Source: Cyanophora paradoxa CCMP329
Taxonomy: Eukaryota; Plantae; Glaucophyta
DNA length: 64,000 bases
NCBI GenBank assembly: GCA_004431415.1
Contig: QPMI01000266.1
Location: 1 to 64,000, forward strand
Direction: 5' to 3'
The notes under the pieces are model-generated. The model worked only from the letters and a program-made list of their open reading frames with translations. It made no database searches and had not been told where the DNA came from. The stretch's first letter is position 1, and the number at the start of each line of letters is the position of its first letter. Shown piece after piece: positions 46,011 through 56,682 of this stretch. Position numbers and translations under genes: made by a program.

Positions 46011-46523
46011 AATACACGAAAAACCTTACCAGTTCTTGAATAAAAATAACATAATTTTAATTAATTATTTTTAAAATTTTTACAGGTGCTGCATGGCTGT
46101 CGTCAGCCCGTGCCGTGAGGTGTTAGATTAACTTCTTAACAAACGGGCGCAACCCTTATTTTTTGTTGCAACAATGATTAGTTGGTACTCAAAAGAAACT
46201 GCCTTTAAAAAAAAGGAGGAAGGTGAGGATGACGTCAAGCCTTTATGGCCCTTATGAACTGGGCTACACACGTGCTACAATGATTATTACAAAAAGTTGC
46301 AATAGTGACAACTGGAGCTAATCTTAAAAAATAATCGTAGTTCGGATTGTTTTCTGCAACTTGAAAACATGAAGTTGGAATCGCTAGTAATCGCAAATCA
46401 GCATGTTGCGGTGAATAAGTACCTAAGCTTTGTACACACCGCCCGTCACACGCCGAAAATCTGTCTTTCTCGAAGCTCTTTATTTGGGAAAATAAGGATC
46501 TAAAGAGGGGTGGGTAATTGGGG

Positions 46524-46557
<34 letters not shown>

Positions 46558-46568
46558 TGGCTGGATAA
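45093..46568 (+). rRNA. rns: SSU rRNA, complete copy (no anti-Shine-Dalgarno tail)
   Basis: GAGTTTGATCCTGGCTC, GTGCCAGCAGCCGCGGTAA, GTACACACCGCCCGTC, AAGTCGTAACAAGGTA. Confidence 0.98.
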
Positions 46569-46667
46569 AAAGATGAAAAAAAATTTGGGTTTAGTTACAT
46601 TAAATCAGTTTTATGGTGTAGTACGGTAGTTATGTATATAACTACCGAAAACAAAATAAAAAAATAA

Positions 46668-48275
46668 ATGATGCAGAATATATTAAACAGTTTATCACAA
46701 AAATTCGTCAGAATTGCTTCTGATGTACTTTTCACAATTATTGTGGAATTTAAATGGTGCTGGGAAACCAACCCATTATTTTTAGTTTTTATTATATACA
46801 TATTATTTCACTTACTAATTTTTTTACTTTATTATTTATACCCTAAGCTTAAACGTGTATTTATTCGATTATTTCGTATGGTTAAATTGTTCATAAAAAA
46901 ATTGATTTTTTTCTATCGTAAAGTAAAGTTTTATTATAATAGGGCAAAATTCTACTCAAAAAAAAAAAATCGTGCAATTTTAAAAAGGGATGCAAGAAAT
47001 TTTTATGATCGAAAATCGGAACAATTTTTAGATTGGTTACCAGGATTCCTCTATAAAGTATATATAGTATGTTCAATTATTGTGGAAATTATTATATTTA
47101 TATATCTTGTAATGTTACCTTATGGGTGTTATTATTGTGGGCAAGTATTTTTTGAAGAGTGGGCAAAGCTTTCCGTTTATACAATGCAAATGATTTATCC
47201 TTGGCCATTTTTTAAAAAAACCTGGGAATTTATTATTTGGTTTTTAGTAGAGGGAGCTTGGGGTTATATCTATGAATTAACCATCGAGTCCTCTGCCGAA
47301 AAATATGAATGGGTTGCTGTTGTATATGACAAAATGCGTAAAAAAATTATTAGCTGGTCATTAAGTATAAGCGCTAATAAAATTTGGTTTTGTCAGGTGT
47401 TTTATCCGGCATGGAAATCCGTTATCGACTTTACCATAGGTTTCTTATATATATCCTTTTATGTTTGGTTTATGCAAAAGGATTATTTAAAAACAGGAAC
47501 CGGGCTTAAAAAAAAGTTTATAGTATGGATAGATTACCTTCTTGAAATAGGAGCCCAAAAATCTGTAAGAGTTTCCCAAAGATACGTAATTTTACCTCAC
47601 TTTCTTCCAAAACTATGCTATTTTATGTATTTCCCTTATATGTTCTTCTACTTCTTCGAAACTTTTTCGGAAGGGCTTAAAACTTTTAAGGGTACGCCTT
47701 ATGTGTATATTCCTTGCGAACATATACCACAGGTAAATTTTTATGTAGCATTTTTCTTTCAACTTTTGGAATTTACTATAGACTATTTATTTTTTTGCAT
47801 ATGGTGGTTTTATTTATTTTCAGAAGTTGATAATTGTCAGAAACTTAGTAAAACTTGGTCCCCGAAATACCCACATAGAAAAGCGATTGAGAAAATTTGG
47901 ATGAATCCTCTAATTGCTGTAATGTGGAATCCAGAGGATGAACGTATCTGGGGTACTTACAGATGGCCTGTACATCGACGTGCTCTAAAAGTTTTTATTG
48001 ATATAAGACAGGTTGCAAAACAAATGATTAATGGGAAACGCCCACTGTCCCTAATGATATATGTAAAGCTTTTTTATAGCTTTATACGTATATTTGATTT
48101 ATCGCCCCTTTACCGTATTTTAAAAAAAAAAAAAAAATCAAAAATTGAACAAAAACAGCTATCAATTAAATTAAATGATAGTGCAAAAAAACGAAAGAAT
48201 AAATACACAAGAAAGCAAAAAAGGTTATATAGTAAAAAACACAAAAAATTACGTAATACAACCCCATTTTCGTAA
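46668..48275 (+). CDS. Orphan ORF535, multi-TM, aromatic-rich, basic C-terminus
   Basis: Uninterrupted 535 aa between rns and rnl; no recognised motif. Confidence 0.75.
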   Translation: MMQNILNSLSQKFVRIASDVLFTIIVEFKWCWETNPLFLVFIIYILFHLLIFLLYYLYPKLKRVFIRLFRMVKLFIKKLIFFYRKVKFYYNRAKFYSKKKNRAILKRDARNFYDRKSEQFLDWLPGFLYKVYIVCSIIVEIIIFIYLVMLPYGCYYCGQVFFEEWAKLSVYTMQMIYPWPFFKKTWEFIIWFLVEGAWGYIYELTIESSAEKYEWVAVVYDKMRKKIISWSLSISANKIWFCQVFYPAWKSVIDFTIGFLYISFYVWFMQKDYLKTGTGLKKKFIVWIDYLLEIGAQKSVRVSQRYVILPHFLPKLCYFMYFPYMFFYFFETFSEGLKTFKGTPYVYIPCEHIPQVNFYVAFFFQLLEFTIDYLFFCIWWFYLFSEVDNCQKLSKTWSPKYPHRKAIEKIWMNPLIAVMWNPEDERIWGTYRWPVHRRALKVFIDIRQVAKQMINGKRPLSLMIYVKLFYSFIRIFDLSPLYRILKKKKKSKIEQKQLSIKLNDSAKKRKNKYTRKQKRLYSKKHKKLRNTTPFS

Positions 48276-48610
48276 AAGTGCAACGCCGTTTTTAATCTAA
48301 AGCGCAAGCTTACATATATTATTATTTATAAATAATATCTATTTACAAACTATTGTATTATTTGATAAAGCTTTACAAGCAAACCAGTTTTATATACTTA
48401 TTAAAATTTTTTTATTTATAATTTCAACAGTAATTTATAGTAATTATTTTTTCTTCTCTTAATTATGTATGCAACAACAAATTAATTTATATTAATAACT
48501 TTTATAACTATATCGTATCATAAGTAAAATAATTTTATTATATTAATTCAAACAAAATAAATTCCAAAAAATATTAAATAAATGTATCCAAAATAAAGCT
48601 AATCTTCAGA

Positions 48611-48822
48611 TATGTGAGAGGAGGTTAGCATATTGATTAATGCACCCGGTATGTATTTACCGGAAGAAGTGACCATACAATGCGTACGGTGGTGTTTTTT
48701 CGTAGTTCCGTACGGTGCCTACGTGTGCCCGGATTGGTTTGATTCCCGCACCTCCACCCCACGCGCTCTAGGTGTATATCTGGGGAGATGCGGACTTCTT
48801 GGTCAGGTGTGAACCAGGGGGT
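48611..48822. other. GC-rich structured island upstream of rnl
   Basis: 108 G+C in 210 nt by hand count; several inverted repeats; no long ORF. Confidence 0.6.
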
Positions 48823-48843
48823 TATTAAATATTTTTTGAATTT

Positions 48844-50510
48844 TTTAAATTAATAAAGAGTATTAGAGTGGATAACTTGGTTTGCATAATGTAAAAGGGC
48901 GTAATATCACGAAAGTTATAAAATATAATACCCTAAGAGAAAACTTAATTAACTATAATCCGCAACGAACTGAAACATCTAATTAATTGCAGGAAAAAAA
49001 ATCAACCGAGACCTTGTTAGTAGTGGCGAGCGAACACAAGAAAGATATAAAACTAAGATAAAATTTTTAAACAAATTGAAAACTTTGGCACTACAGGGTT
49101 AAAGCCCCGTAAAAAATTTTTTTAGTTTTTTAAGTAAAACAAAACACGTGGAATTTTGTTTGAATATAGGGGGACCACCCTCTAAATCTAAGTATTATTG
49201 TAAAACCTATAGTGTATAAGTACCGTGAGGGAAAGAATAAATAATTGAAACCTAATACTTATAAGCAGTTGAAGTAAATAAAGAAATAATTTATAACAAC
49301 GTACCTTTTGCATAATGGGTCAGCAAGTAAATAAAAATAGCAAGCTTAAATTTGGAGGCAAAATGAAAATGAAATGTAATTATTTAAGTTATTTTTATTT
49401 GACCCGAAACCAAGTGATCTATTTATGAACAAGCTGAAATTATAATAATATATAATGGAGGGCTGAACTCACATCTGTGGCAAAAGATGGAGATGATTTG
49501 TGAATAGGGGTGAAAGGCTAATCAAACTTGGACATAGCTGGTTTTCTGCGAAATCTATTTAGGTAGAGCGTTTTATAACTTTTTTACGGGGTAAAGCACT
49601 AACTAAGCTAGGGGGGCCCAAAGCCTTACCAACCTTAATTAAACTCATAATACGTAAAAAAATATAAAGCAGACAGATTGTGGGTGCTAAGGTCCATAAT
49701 CAAAAGGGAAACAGCCCAGATTGTAAATTAAGGTCCCAAAATAAAAACTAAGTGAAAAAAGGATGTTCTTTAATTGTAACAACCAAAAGGTGGGCCTAGA
49801 ATCAGCCATCCTTTAATGAAAGCGTAAAAGCTCATTGGTCTTTTTTACTGATTAGTAAAAGTTATTGAGCACCGAAAATGTAACGGGGCTAAAGTTTTTT
49901 ACCGATATTACAAATTAAATTAAAAACAAAATAATGGTAGCAGAACGTTGTATATATTGTATTAATATTATTGAAAAATAATATAAAAATATTACAAGTG
50001 AGAATGCTGACATAAGTAGTTAAAATAAGGTATAAAAACCTTATCACCGAAAGCTTAAGGGTTTCTACGAAAGGATTAACCGCGTATGAGTTATACAGTC
50101 CCTAAAAAAACTACATATGTACTATTTGATGGGTAAAATAAATTATAATAATTTTAACGATATAAGTGACAAAATCGAATATTTTTTTTATTTTTAATAA
50201 AAAGAAATATTAAATTTTCAGGAAATAACTATATCATTTAGGATAATACTGTACCCTAAACCGACACAGGTAAGCTAGTAGAGTATACTAAGGTGATTGA
50301 GAGAACTATGTTGAAGGAACTCGGCAAATTGACTCTGTAACTTCGGGAGAAAGAGTACCTGTTAATATAGCGGGTAGCATAAAATAGGGGGTAGCGACTG
50401 TTTAATAAAAACACAGGACTCTGCAAAATTGAAAAATTAGGTATAGGGTCTGACACCTGCCCGGTGCCAGCAAGTTAAATGGAGGGGTGAATGCTCCAAA
50501 AATAAGCTCT

Positions 50511-50560
<50 letters not shown>

Positions 50561-50575
50561 GCGGGTAAGTTCCGT

Positions 50576-50611
<36 letters not shown>

Positions 50612-51101
50612 CAACATAAACTCAACGAAATTGGAATCTCCGTGAAGATACGGAGTATCAGCAGCTAGACGGAAAGACCCCATACACCTTTACTACACTC
50701 ATTTATTGATTAAAAATTTTTTATGTGTAGAGTAGGTAGGAGCTTATAATACCTTAACGTAAGTTAATTGTTGAAGCAGAAATGAAACACTACCCTAAAA
50801 ATATTTTTAATCTAATATAATTTTTTATAGACAATATATGATTGGTAGTTTCACTGGGGCGGTGGCCTCCTAAACAGTAACGGAGGCGCGCAAAGGTAAA
50901 CTCAAATAAGTTGGAAATTTATTTTAGAGCGTAATGGTATATGTTTGCCTGACGGTGAGGCGTACATGCCGAACCGAGATAATTAATTTTATCGGCCATA
51001 GTGATCCGGTGATACTTTGTGGAAAGATCATCGCTCAACGGATAAAAGGTACGTTGGGGATAACAGGCTAATGACCCTCAAGAGCTCTTATCGACGGGGT
51101 T

Positions 51102-51133
<32 letters not shown>

Positions 51134-51501
51134 AGGAGCTGAAAAAGGTTCCAATGGTTGCCCTGTTCGGGCATTAAAGTGGTACGTGAGCTGGGTTTAG
51201 AACGTCGTGAGACAGTTTGGTCCCTATCTACTGTTGATATTTGGAGAAAACAAAGAATCTGTTTCTAGTACGAGAGGACCGAAATGGGTTGACCAATTGT
51301 GTATTGGTTGTATAAACGTTAATATGCATCGCCAAGTAGCTACGTCAGGAAAAAATAATTGCTGAAAGCATCTAAGCAAGAAATTTCCCTTTTGATTCTC
51401 TTAGTTAAGTTAAAGACTATAACTTTGATAGGCTTTTTATGTAATATAAAGTAATTTATATATTTATAGTATAAAAGTACTAATAAAACGTACAATTTAA
51501 A
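48844..51501 (+). rRNA. rnl: LSU rRNA (no introns seen)
   Basis: GAACTGAAACATCT, GACCCGAAACC, GGTCCTAAGGTAGCG, GGCACCTCGATGTCGGCT, CTAGTACGAGAGGAC. Confidence 0.97.
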
Positions 51502-51520
51502 GATAAAAATATTTAATAAT

Positions 51521-51648
51521 ATGAGAACGATTATTTTTAAAAATAATCATGTTGAAACACCCGATCCCATCCTGAATTCGATGTGTGAAAATTTTTCAAA
51601 TCTCATAATACTCTAAAACTATTTAGGGGAACATGAGAACAATTTAAT
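51521..51648 (+). rRNA. rrn5: Mitochondrial 5S rRNA
   Basis: GAAACACCCGATCCCATCCTGAATTCGATGTGTGAAA; TCTCAT/ATGAGA helix V. Confidence 0.85.
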
Positions 51649-51672
51649 AAAACCAGTTAACTCAAATAATTC

Positions 51673-51756
51673 ACTCGCTTGGTGTAATTTGGTAAACACG
51701 GTAGACTTAAAATCTACTCCTGACACAGGGTATTGGTTCAAGTCCGATAGCGGGTA
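51673..51756 (+). tRNA. trnL: tRNA-Leu(UAA)
   Basis: Cloverleaf, anticodon TAA. Confidence 0.92.
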
Positions 51757-51763
51757 GTTTGAT

Positions 51764-52723
51764 ATGCAAAATTATAAAATACAAAAAAAATTTAAACGTA
51801 ATAATATTTGGGTGAATAACTCGCAATTTTTTAAATTTAAAGAGCGATTGAAATGGAGACTAAAAAAAAAAAAAAAATTATTACATAAAAGTAGAAACAT
51901 ATGGTTTAATATGAAATTGTATATAAAAAAAATTTTCAAAAATTTTTATCCTAATTTAACTGAAATACAATTAAAAAAATATATAGGCGAAAATATTTAT
52001 CAATATTTAACTAAAGATAAGATTAAACATTCACAAAATACACAGATCATTAAAATCTATCACATATTAGAGAGTCGTCTTGATACAATGTTAATAAGAA
52101 CAAATCTAGTAAAAACACCTAAAGCTGCTCGACAATTAATAATGCATAAAAATGTGTTTGTTGATAATAGACTTATAACTAATCCTGGCTATTTATTATC
52201 AAATGGCCAAATAATTCATATAAAAAAAATAAATATTGTATATTTAAAAATAAAAATAAATAATAAAAATAATGAATTTGTATATAAAAAATTTAAAACA
52301 ATTTTAAAGAAACGCATTCTATTTAAAAATTATTATAAAAATTTTTTATTAAATACAACTATATATAATGCATGTCTACCTAGTTATTTAAAATATATAG
52401 TTATTCAAAACAAAAATTATAATTACCATACTTTCTTATTTAATACCCCTCGTTTAATTGAAATACCTTACCCTAATAAAATGTGGATCCATTCAATTTG
52501 TAAAAGAAGAACAAATCGTGTTAAATTATATATTAGTCGATTTAAAAGACAAAAATTTAAAAAAAATAAATTATATAAATTAAAAATAAAGAAAAGAAAA
52601 AAAATTATTATCATAGGTACTAGATTAAACACAATATATTCAAATATTAGATTACCCAAGAATTTATTAAAAATAAAAAAAAATAAAAAAAAAAAAAAGT
52701 TTACAATAGAAAAAAAAAAATAA
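51764..52723 (+). CDS. rps4: Ribosomal protein S4 (may extend further as a Lys-rich tail)
   Basis: LESRLDTML.R, AARQLIMHKNVFVD, PGYLL S4 domain. Confidence 0.9.
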   Translation: MQNYKIQKKFKRNNIWVNNSQFFKFKERLKWRLKKKKKLLHKSRNIWFNMKLYIKKIFKNFYPNLTEIQLKKYIGENIYQYLTKDKIKHSQNTQIIKIYHILESRLDTMLIRTNLVKTPKAARQLIMHKNVFVDNRLITNPGYLLSNGQIIHIKKINIVYLKIKINNKNNEFVYKKFKTILKKRILFKNYYKNFLLNTTIYNACLPSYLKYIVIQNKNYNYHTFLFNTPRLIEIPYPNKMWIHSICKRRTNRVKLYISRFKRQKFKKNKLYKLKIKKRKKIIIIGTRLNTIYSNIRLPKNLLKIKKNKKKKKFTIEKKK

Positions 52724-53115
52724 ATATAATTGGAATTATTATAAAAAAAAATATAATAAAAGAAAAAAACAATTAAATTTAATAAAAAAAAAAAAAATCA
52801 AAAAGAAAAAATATAATAAATTTATAAAGTTTGTTAAATCTTTTAAATTAAAAAGAAGAAAATTAACAAATATTAAATTATTATTAAAAAAAAAATTAAA
52901 AATAAATAAAAAAAAAAAAAAAACAAAAAAAAACATTATTAAAAAAAAAAAAAATTATAAAAAATAAAAAAATTAGGTTTAAACAAAAACTAAAAAAAAA
53001 ACAAAGAAAAGAAAAAATTAAAATTTTCAGTAATAACTTTTTTAATATTTTACCTTGGTTTTATAAAAGATTAAAAAAAAGTCGTTTATATATGAAAAAA
53101 TAAAATAATATTTCT

Positions 53116-53196
53116 GGAGGAATGGCTGAGTGGTTAAAGGCGGCGGACTGTAAATCCGTTGAGAAATCTACATAGGTTCGAATCCTGTTTCCTCCA
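53116..53196 (+). tRNA. trnY: tRNA-Tyr(GUA)
   Basis: As 1658..1738. Confidence 0.95.
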
Positions 53197-53259
53197 AATA
53201 TATTTAACAGCGTATATAAGTTAATTCGCAAACAATAATCATCTAAGACTTGTAAGAAA

Positions 53260-53331
53260 TGGAGGTAATTAGAATCGAACTAATTTTTTATGCGTGCAAA
53301 GCATATGTTTTACCAAGTAAACTATACCCCC
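53260..53331 (-). tRNA. trnA: tRNA-Ala(UGC)
   Basis: As 1802..1873. Confidence 0.93.
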
Positions 53332-53349
53332 AATCTGTACAATAGTTTA

Positions 53350-54123
53350 TTATACAGTACATTTAGCTTTTATCCAATTTATATAGTTCTTTGGATTTAC
53401 GGCTTCTATCACAATAGGCATAAAACCGTGATTAACGCCGCATATTTCCGAGCATTGTCCATAATATACGCCTTCACGTTTTATGAACATACCTATTTGA
53501 TTTAAGCGCCCAGGAATAGCATCACATTTTACACCTAATGATGGTATTGCCCAACTATGTATAACATCAGCAGCTGTTACAATAGCACGAATATGCGATT
53601 CAACTGGTAATAAAACACGATTGTCTACTTCAAGTAGTCTTAGTTGCCCAAGCTCTAAATCTTCTTCAGGTACCATATAACTATCATAGTTTAATGATTT
53701 TAACATAAATAGTTTATTATTTGAAATATAACCAGAGTCAATATAATCACAGTATTCATAACTCCAGTACCATTGGTGTCCAATAACTTTTAACGTAAGG
53801 GATGGATCTACCATTTCGTCCATTGAATATAATAATGCAAAAGACGGGATAGCAACCATCATTAAAATTAGACTAGGTGTTACTGTCCAAGCAATTTCTA
53901 TAGCTGTTCCATGTACAATATTTGATGCAATAGGATTATTTGATTTAATATATAACATTAAAGTTCTAGTTAACATCCAAATTACAAAAATAGCGATAAC
54001 AATTAAAAAAAACATTAAATCATTATGTAGATTAACAATACCCTCCATAATAGGAGTCGCTGAGTCTTGAAAATACAATTGCCATGTGTTTGGATGGTCT
54101 GCAAATATTTTGGTTAATAACAT
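53350..54123 (-). CDS. cox2: Cytochrome c oxidase subunit 2
   Basis: Intact 257 aa with CuA motifs. Confidence 0.98.
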   Translation of the reverse strand: MLLTKIFADHPNTWQLYFQDSATPIMEGIVNLHNDLMFFLIVIAIFVIWMLTRTLMLYIKSNNPIASNIVHGTAIEIAWTVTPSLILMMVAIPSFALLYSMDEMVDPSLTLKVIGHQWYWSYEYCDYIDSGYISNNKLFMLKSLNYDSYMVPEEDLELGQLRLLEVDNRVLLPVESHIRAIVTAADVIHSWAIPSLGVKCDAIPGRLNQIGMFIKREGVYYGQCSEICGVNHGFMPIVIEAVNPKNYINWIKAKCTV

Positions 54124-54196
54124 TATGAAATTAGGTAGATGATTTTTTTATTAGAAAGAGGCCGCAAAAACGCGTTTGTTGAGGGGGTACACGGGG

Positions 54197-54803
54197 CTAC
54201 TGATCGTCATTGTCGTCAAATCGATCTAGGGCGTTTGCAATAATTGTAAGATACTCGTCCCAAGACAATTTACCCAAAAACATAGAGTCAATTTCAAATG
54301 GTTCATTTGGGTATCAACGAGTAAGAACTTGTTTGATGGCTTTTTTTGAAATATCTAAAATATCCAACTCTACATAACCATTTACTTGTACTGCAAATAT
54401 TAATAAAAAAAAAGTCCTCCATTTTGTTATAATTATCTTTAGTCAAAATGAACCATTGAAAAAATCCTATAGCAGTCTTTAGTAGGATAAGATTACTAAA
54501 ATCCATTTCTAGCCAGTAATTCACATTATTTAAGTCTAAATACCAAAAAAAATGTTCCCCCAAAATTCCAGCAAATTCCCTTCTAATTTCACGCCTAATT
54601 TCATTTACTTCTTTATCGGATAAACAATTTATCCTTTTCAACCAAATTTCTAAATCCAAATGAACAAATGAGAGGTAAAAACGCTGTTTTTCCTTAGGCA
54701 ATGGAGTTAGTATTTCTTTTACACGCGGGTATGTAAGAGCTATCGCTAAATAAAATAATACTTTTAGTGTAAATTTTGCAGTTTTCTTTATAAGCCAAAT
54801 CAT
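54197..54803 (-). CDS. Orphan ORF, family A (in-frame TGA at 54314..54316; extra A in this read near 54410)
   Basis: Homology to ORF229 runs to ...IIANALDRFDD. Confidence 0.62.
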
Positions 54804-54950
54804 TATTTGAGTTCTAGTTAATATTTAAATTGCTAAAATAGCTATAGCGATAAGAATTAAAAAAAAACATTAGATCGTTCCATCCATAATTATAATAGTC
54901 AAGTCTTGAAAATACAATTATAATTTTTTTTAATGTAAATTATAACATTG
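54804..54950 (-). pseudogene. cox2: Decayed cox2 5' fragment fused upstream of the family A ORF
   Basis: [23 protein letters not shown] versus cox2 [26 protein letters not shown]. Confidence 0.7.
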
Positions 54951-54979
54951 CTACATAAATTAAAATAAATATTTTACAG

Positions 54980-55010
54980 TGTTGGATATAAATATTTATT
55001 ATATCCAACA
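54980..55010. terminator. 12-bp perfect hairpin downstream of nad7
   Basis: TGTTGGATATAA-N7-TTATATCCAACA. Confidence 0.5.
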
Positions 55011-55036
55011 TGTGAAAATACCTTAATATCTATAAA

Positions 55037-56236
55037 TTATCTATCAATTTCGCCAAACACAATATCTTGAGTCCCTATAATTGTAACAACATCCGCCAAC
55101 ATATGGTTTTTTGACATCATATCTAAACCTTGTAAATGAGCAAATCCTGGAGCCTTTATTTTACAACGATAAGGTTTATTAGTACCATTAGAAACCAAAT
55201 AAACACCAAACTCACCTTTAGGGGCTTCAACAAAAGAATATGTTTCACCTTTTGGTACAGTATACCCTTCTGTATATAATTTAAAATGATGTATTAATGA
55301 TTCCATTGATTGTTTCATTTCTGTTCGTGATGGTGGACTAATTTTATTATCATCCACTTTTATTGGCCCAGAACTTAATTTATTTAGTGATTGTTGAATT
55401 ATATAACAGCTTTGCCTCATTTCTTCAATACGTATTAAATATCGATCATAACAATCGCCACGTATTCCAACTGGTACTTCAAAATCTAAATTATCATAAG
55501 TTTCATAAGCTTCATTTTTTCTTAAATCCCAAGCAACGCCAGATCCTCTTAACATTACACCACTAAATCCCCAATCTATTGCCTCTTTTGCAGTAACAAC
55601 ACCAATATCAACTAATCGTTGTTTCCATATACGATTATTTGTCAATAATTCCTCAAGTTCATTTATTTTATTTTCAAATTGAATTACAAATTCATAAATA
55701 TCATTTGTTAATCCATTTGGTAAATCTTGTGAAACTCCACCTGGGCGAATATAAGCTGCATGCATGCGAGCGCCTGATACACGTTCATAAAATTCCATTA
55801 ATTTTTCACGCTCTTCAAAACCCCATAATAAGGGTGTTAATGCTCCAACATCCATAGCATGGCAAGTAACAGCTAATAAATGATTTAAAATACGTGTTAT
55901 TTCTGAAAAAATAACTCTAATCCATTTTGCTCTTAATGGTACACTACATTTTAATAATTTTTCAACTGCTAATGAATAAGCGTGCTCTTGAGCCATCATA
56001 CTAACGTAATCAAGGCGATCAAAATAAGGTAATGCTTGATTATAATTTTTATATTCTATTAATTTTTCTGTTCCACGATGTAATAGTCCAATATGAGGAT
56101 CGGCTTTTTTTACAATTTCTCCATTTAACTCTAAAACTAGACGTAAAACCCCATGGGCTGCAGGATGTTGTGGACCAAAATTTAATGTAAAATTCTTTAA
56201 ACTATTGTTATTATTTATTAATTTATTATTTATCAT
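55037..56236 (-). CDS. nad7: NADH dehydrogenase subunit 7
   Basis: [33 protein letters not shown]. Confidence 0.99.
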   Translation of the reverse strand: MINNKLINNNNSLKNFTLNFGPQHPAAHGVLRLVLELNGEIVKKADPHIGLLHRGTEKLIEYKNYNQALPYFDRLDYVSMMAQEHAYSLAVEKLLKCSVPLRAKWIRVIFSEITRILNHLLAVTCHAMDVGALTPLLWGFEEREKLMEFYERVSGARMHAAYIRPGGVSQDLPNGLTNDIYEFVIQFENKINELEELLTNNRIWKQRLVDIGVVTAKEAIDWGFSGVMLRGSGVAWDLRKNEAYETYDNLDFEVPVGIRGDCYDRYLIRIEEMRQSCYIIQQSLNKLSSGPIKVDDNKISPPSRTEMKQSMESLIHHFKLYTEGYTVPKGETYSFVEAPKGEFGVYLVSNGTNKPYRCKIKAPGFAHLQGLDMMSKNHMLADVVTIIGTQDIVFGEIDR

Positions 56237-56269
56237 TTAATACAAAATAATATATTTAATTCGTTATGT

Positions 56270-56354
56270 AGGAGAGAATGGGATTCGAACCCATAGAATT
56301 TTAACATTCTTTCGCTTAGCAAGCGAACGCTTTAAACCTCTCAGCCATCTCTCC
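56270..56354 (-). tRNA. trnS: tRNA-Ser(GCU)
   Basis: As 4786..4870. Confidence 0.93.
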
Positions 56355-56370
56355 TACTAGGGATTAATAT

Positions 56371-56679
56371 TTATCCATGCAATAAATTTATTTTGTTAAT
56401 ACTAATAGTTCCTTTTATTCTATAGTATACAACCAGTAATGCCAATCCAATAGCTGATTCTGCTGCAGCTACTGTTAAAATTAATAATGCGTTAATTTGT
56501 CCTATAATATCATCTAGAAATACTGAAAATATAACAAATTGTAGGTTAATTGCTAAAAGCATTAATTCAATACTAATCAATAATATTATAATATTTCTTC
56601 GGTTTAATAATAATCCACCAATGCTTATAGCAAATATATACAGTGAAACAAATAAAAAATGTGATTGTTCTATTATCAT
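56371..56679 (-). CDS. nad4L: NADH dehydrogenase subunit 4L
   Basis: [20 protein letters not shown]. Confidence 0.97.
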   Translation of the reverse strand: MIIEQSHFLFVSLYIFAISIGGLLLNRRNIIILLISIELMLLAINLQFVIFSVFLDDIIGQINALLILTVAAAESAIGLALLVVYYRIKGTISINKINLLHG

Positions 56680-56682
56680 AAT

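Larger units (their letters stand above)
40912..46077. repeat. 5.2 kb direct repeat, copy 2
   Basis: Near-identical to 32805..38001. Confidence 0.92.

Noticed and set aside
48670-48716. Group II intron domain V (CGTACGGT)
   Set aside because: No AGC/CGC triad with correct geometry, no domain VI, no host exon and no maturase
48730-48830. Permuted tmRNA (TTTGATTCCCGCACCTCCACC followed by GGGGGT, G3-U70-like)
   Set aside because: The T stem cannot form (GATTGG versus CCCGC), the seventh acceptor pair fails, and the same bases pair better in a local hairpin
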